From Takakia lepidozioides (lineage: Eukaryota > Plantae > Bryophyta): a stretch of 64,000 nucleotides of DNA. Of the stretch, positions 62,197 through 64,000 are shown piece by piece (the first letter of the stretch is position 1; each line of letters begins with the position of its first letter). Location: NCBI GenBank assembly GCA_030704615.1, contig CM060732.1, positions 24,924,001-24,988,000 of the forward strand. The letters run 5' to 3'. The position numbers were made by a program, and so were the translations under genes. Below the pieces are notes generated by a model that had not been told where the DNA came from, made no database searches, and worked only from the letters and a program-made list of their open reading frames with translations.

Positions 62197-64000
62197 ACTA
62201 GGGTAGTCTGTGCCGTTGGCCGAAGTGTCCAGTGTTATCTAAATCCAAGTGCAATCTCCTATGTATCCAAGTGCTTCTCCCATGTAGGCCCAAGTGCAAC
62301 CTCGAGTGTCCAATGTCATCTAAGTCCAAGTGCAATCCCCTATGCATCCAGAGACCATGCAGTGTGGGAGATCTCAACATCATTGTTCCCACAAAGCCCA
62401 CTTTTCTATTCTTGCAATCTCCCTTCCCTCGGAGGCTTCAGATATTGATATATCCACTTTGCTATTTTTTTGTAAAATTCTAGCGACCAAAAGTACTTGA
62501 AATTCCAAATCTCCTACGTGAAGGGCCAATCATTGCTCCAGGAAAGCTCACTTGTTACTTTTCACAAATTTCCAACGACCAAAAGTACTTGAAATTCGAC
62601 ATCTCCCACACCGCATGTCGAAAAATCATGAGACCAAGCCAATGCACCCCTCCTCATGAGGGCTTTCCAACAGCGCCAAACACCAGTCCCAAACCCCCGC
62701 GGTTTGGGAGATCTTAACGATGCTACAAAACAAAACAAAACACAACAAACAAAACTGCCTCGCTTTATATATTGACTGGGGTAGTCTATGCCGTTGGCCC
62801 AAGTGTCCAGTGTCATCCAGTGCAATCCCCTATGTATCCAGAGACCCTCCTGTTTGTAGATCTAAGGTAGCCTGTGCCTTTGGCCCATGTGTGAAGAATT
62901 GAAATCTAAGCCCAAGTGCAATCTCCTATGTATCCATGTGCTTCTCCCACGTAGAGGCCCAAGTGTGACCTCCAGTGTCCAATGTCATAGTCCAAGTGCA
63001 AACCCCTATGCATCTAGACCCTGTTGGGAGATAGCCACGTCATTCTTCCAACAAATCCCACTTTGTTATTTTTGCAATCTCCCCTGTTGAGGCTTCATAT
63101 ATTGATATATCCACTTTGCTAATTTTCACGAATTTCCAATGACCAAAAGTACTTGAAATTCTCCAAAATCTCTTAGATGAAGGTCCAATCTTTACTCTAG
63201 GAAAGCCCATTTTGTTATTATTCACGAATTTCCAACGGCCAAAAGTACTTGAAATTCGACATCTCCCACAGTGGCAGGTCCAAAAATTATGAGACCAAGC
63301 CGGTGCACCCCTCCACATCAAGGGTTTTTCAACGGCACCAAGCACCAGCGTTGGGCCCACGACTTGGGATATCTCAATGACGCTACAAAACAAAACAAAC
63401 AAACTGCCTCGTTTCATATATTGACTAGGATAGCCTGTGCCGTTGGCCCAAGTGTCCAATGTCATCTAAGCCCAAGTGCAATCTCCTATGCATCCAACTT
63501 TGGTGTCTCCAATGTCTCCCATGTTCGTCTCCTATGTCAAGGCCCATCTAATCTAAGCCAAGTGTGCAATCCCCTATGTATCAAAGTGCGTCTCCTATGT
63601 CGAGGCCCAAATGCAACCTCTAGGGTAGCCTTTGTCGTTGGCCCAAGTGTCCAATGTCATCTAAGTAAGTTTTTTTCCACATAGCCCAGTGTGCAATCCC
63701 CTATGTATCTAGAGACCCTCCTGTTTGGGAGACATTCATCCATTCCCTTTTTCATTCATCCCAAATTCATTCATCCGGCAGCTTTTCATCGCACATTTGT
63801 ACCACATGGGCCTAGGGTAGCCTACGTCATTGGCCCATATGTTAAGAATTGAAATCTAAGTCCAAGTGCAATCCCCTATGTATTCAAGTAGCGTCTCCTA
63901 TGTCAAGGTCCATGTGTGAAGAATTGAAATCTAAGCCCAAGTGCAATTTCTTATGTACCCAAGTGGGTCTCCTATGTCGAGGCCCAAGTGCGACCTCTAG
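62197..64000. repeat. Complex satellite/TE-subterminal repeat array
   Basis: Recurrent CCCAAGTGCAATCYCCTATG and TAGGGTAGCCTRTGCCGTTGGCCC units; a larger ~650-bp block is duplicated (about 62230-62810 vs 62900-63460). Confidence 0.88.

Overview
Repeat-rich nuclear DNA from a land plant, probably non-seed (inferred from PLS/DYW PPR genes, GT-AG introns and the TE types; the species cannot be determined). Two genes look intact: a 3-exon CYP71-clan cytochrome P450 (+, 10890-13336) and a 4-exon TSC10/KDSR-like short-chain reductase (-, 59556-61303). The rest is decayed genes (two PPR pseudogenes, SMT1 exons) and nested transposons. These include a Ty3/gypsy element with an extra upstream ORF and a dUTPase-like domain, CACTA-type elements (one likely carrying a SET-domain gene), Copia remnants and several hAT-type elements with perfect 8-bp TSDs. 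The most notable feature is a precisely delimited 9,048-bp Mutator-like element (43046-52093) with a 9-bp TSD (AGCAAGAAA); its empty site is visible in a paralogous segment at 32338-32346. It carries a GCM/WRKY-like + MULE + SWIM transposase and, head-to-head with it, a 6-exon gene for a ParB/Srx-like (DGNHR) protein. The two long introns of that gene hold about 11 copies of a 24-bp palindrome (GTGAATGTCG-N4-CGACATTCAC). This suggests a transposon-borne ParB/parS-like loading or anti-silencing system, which is an inference.
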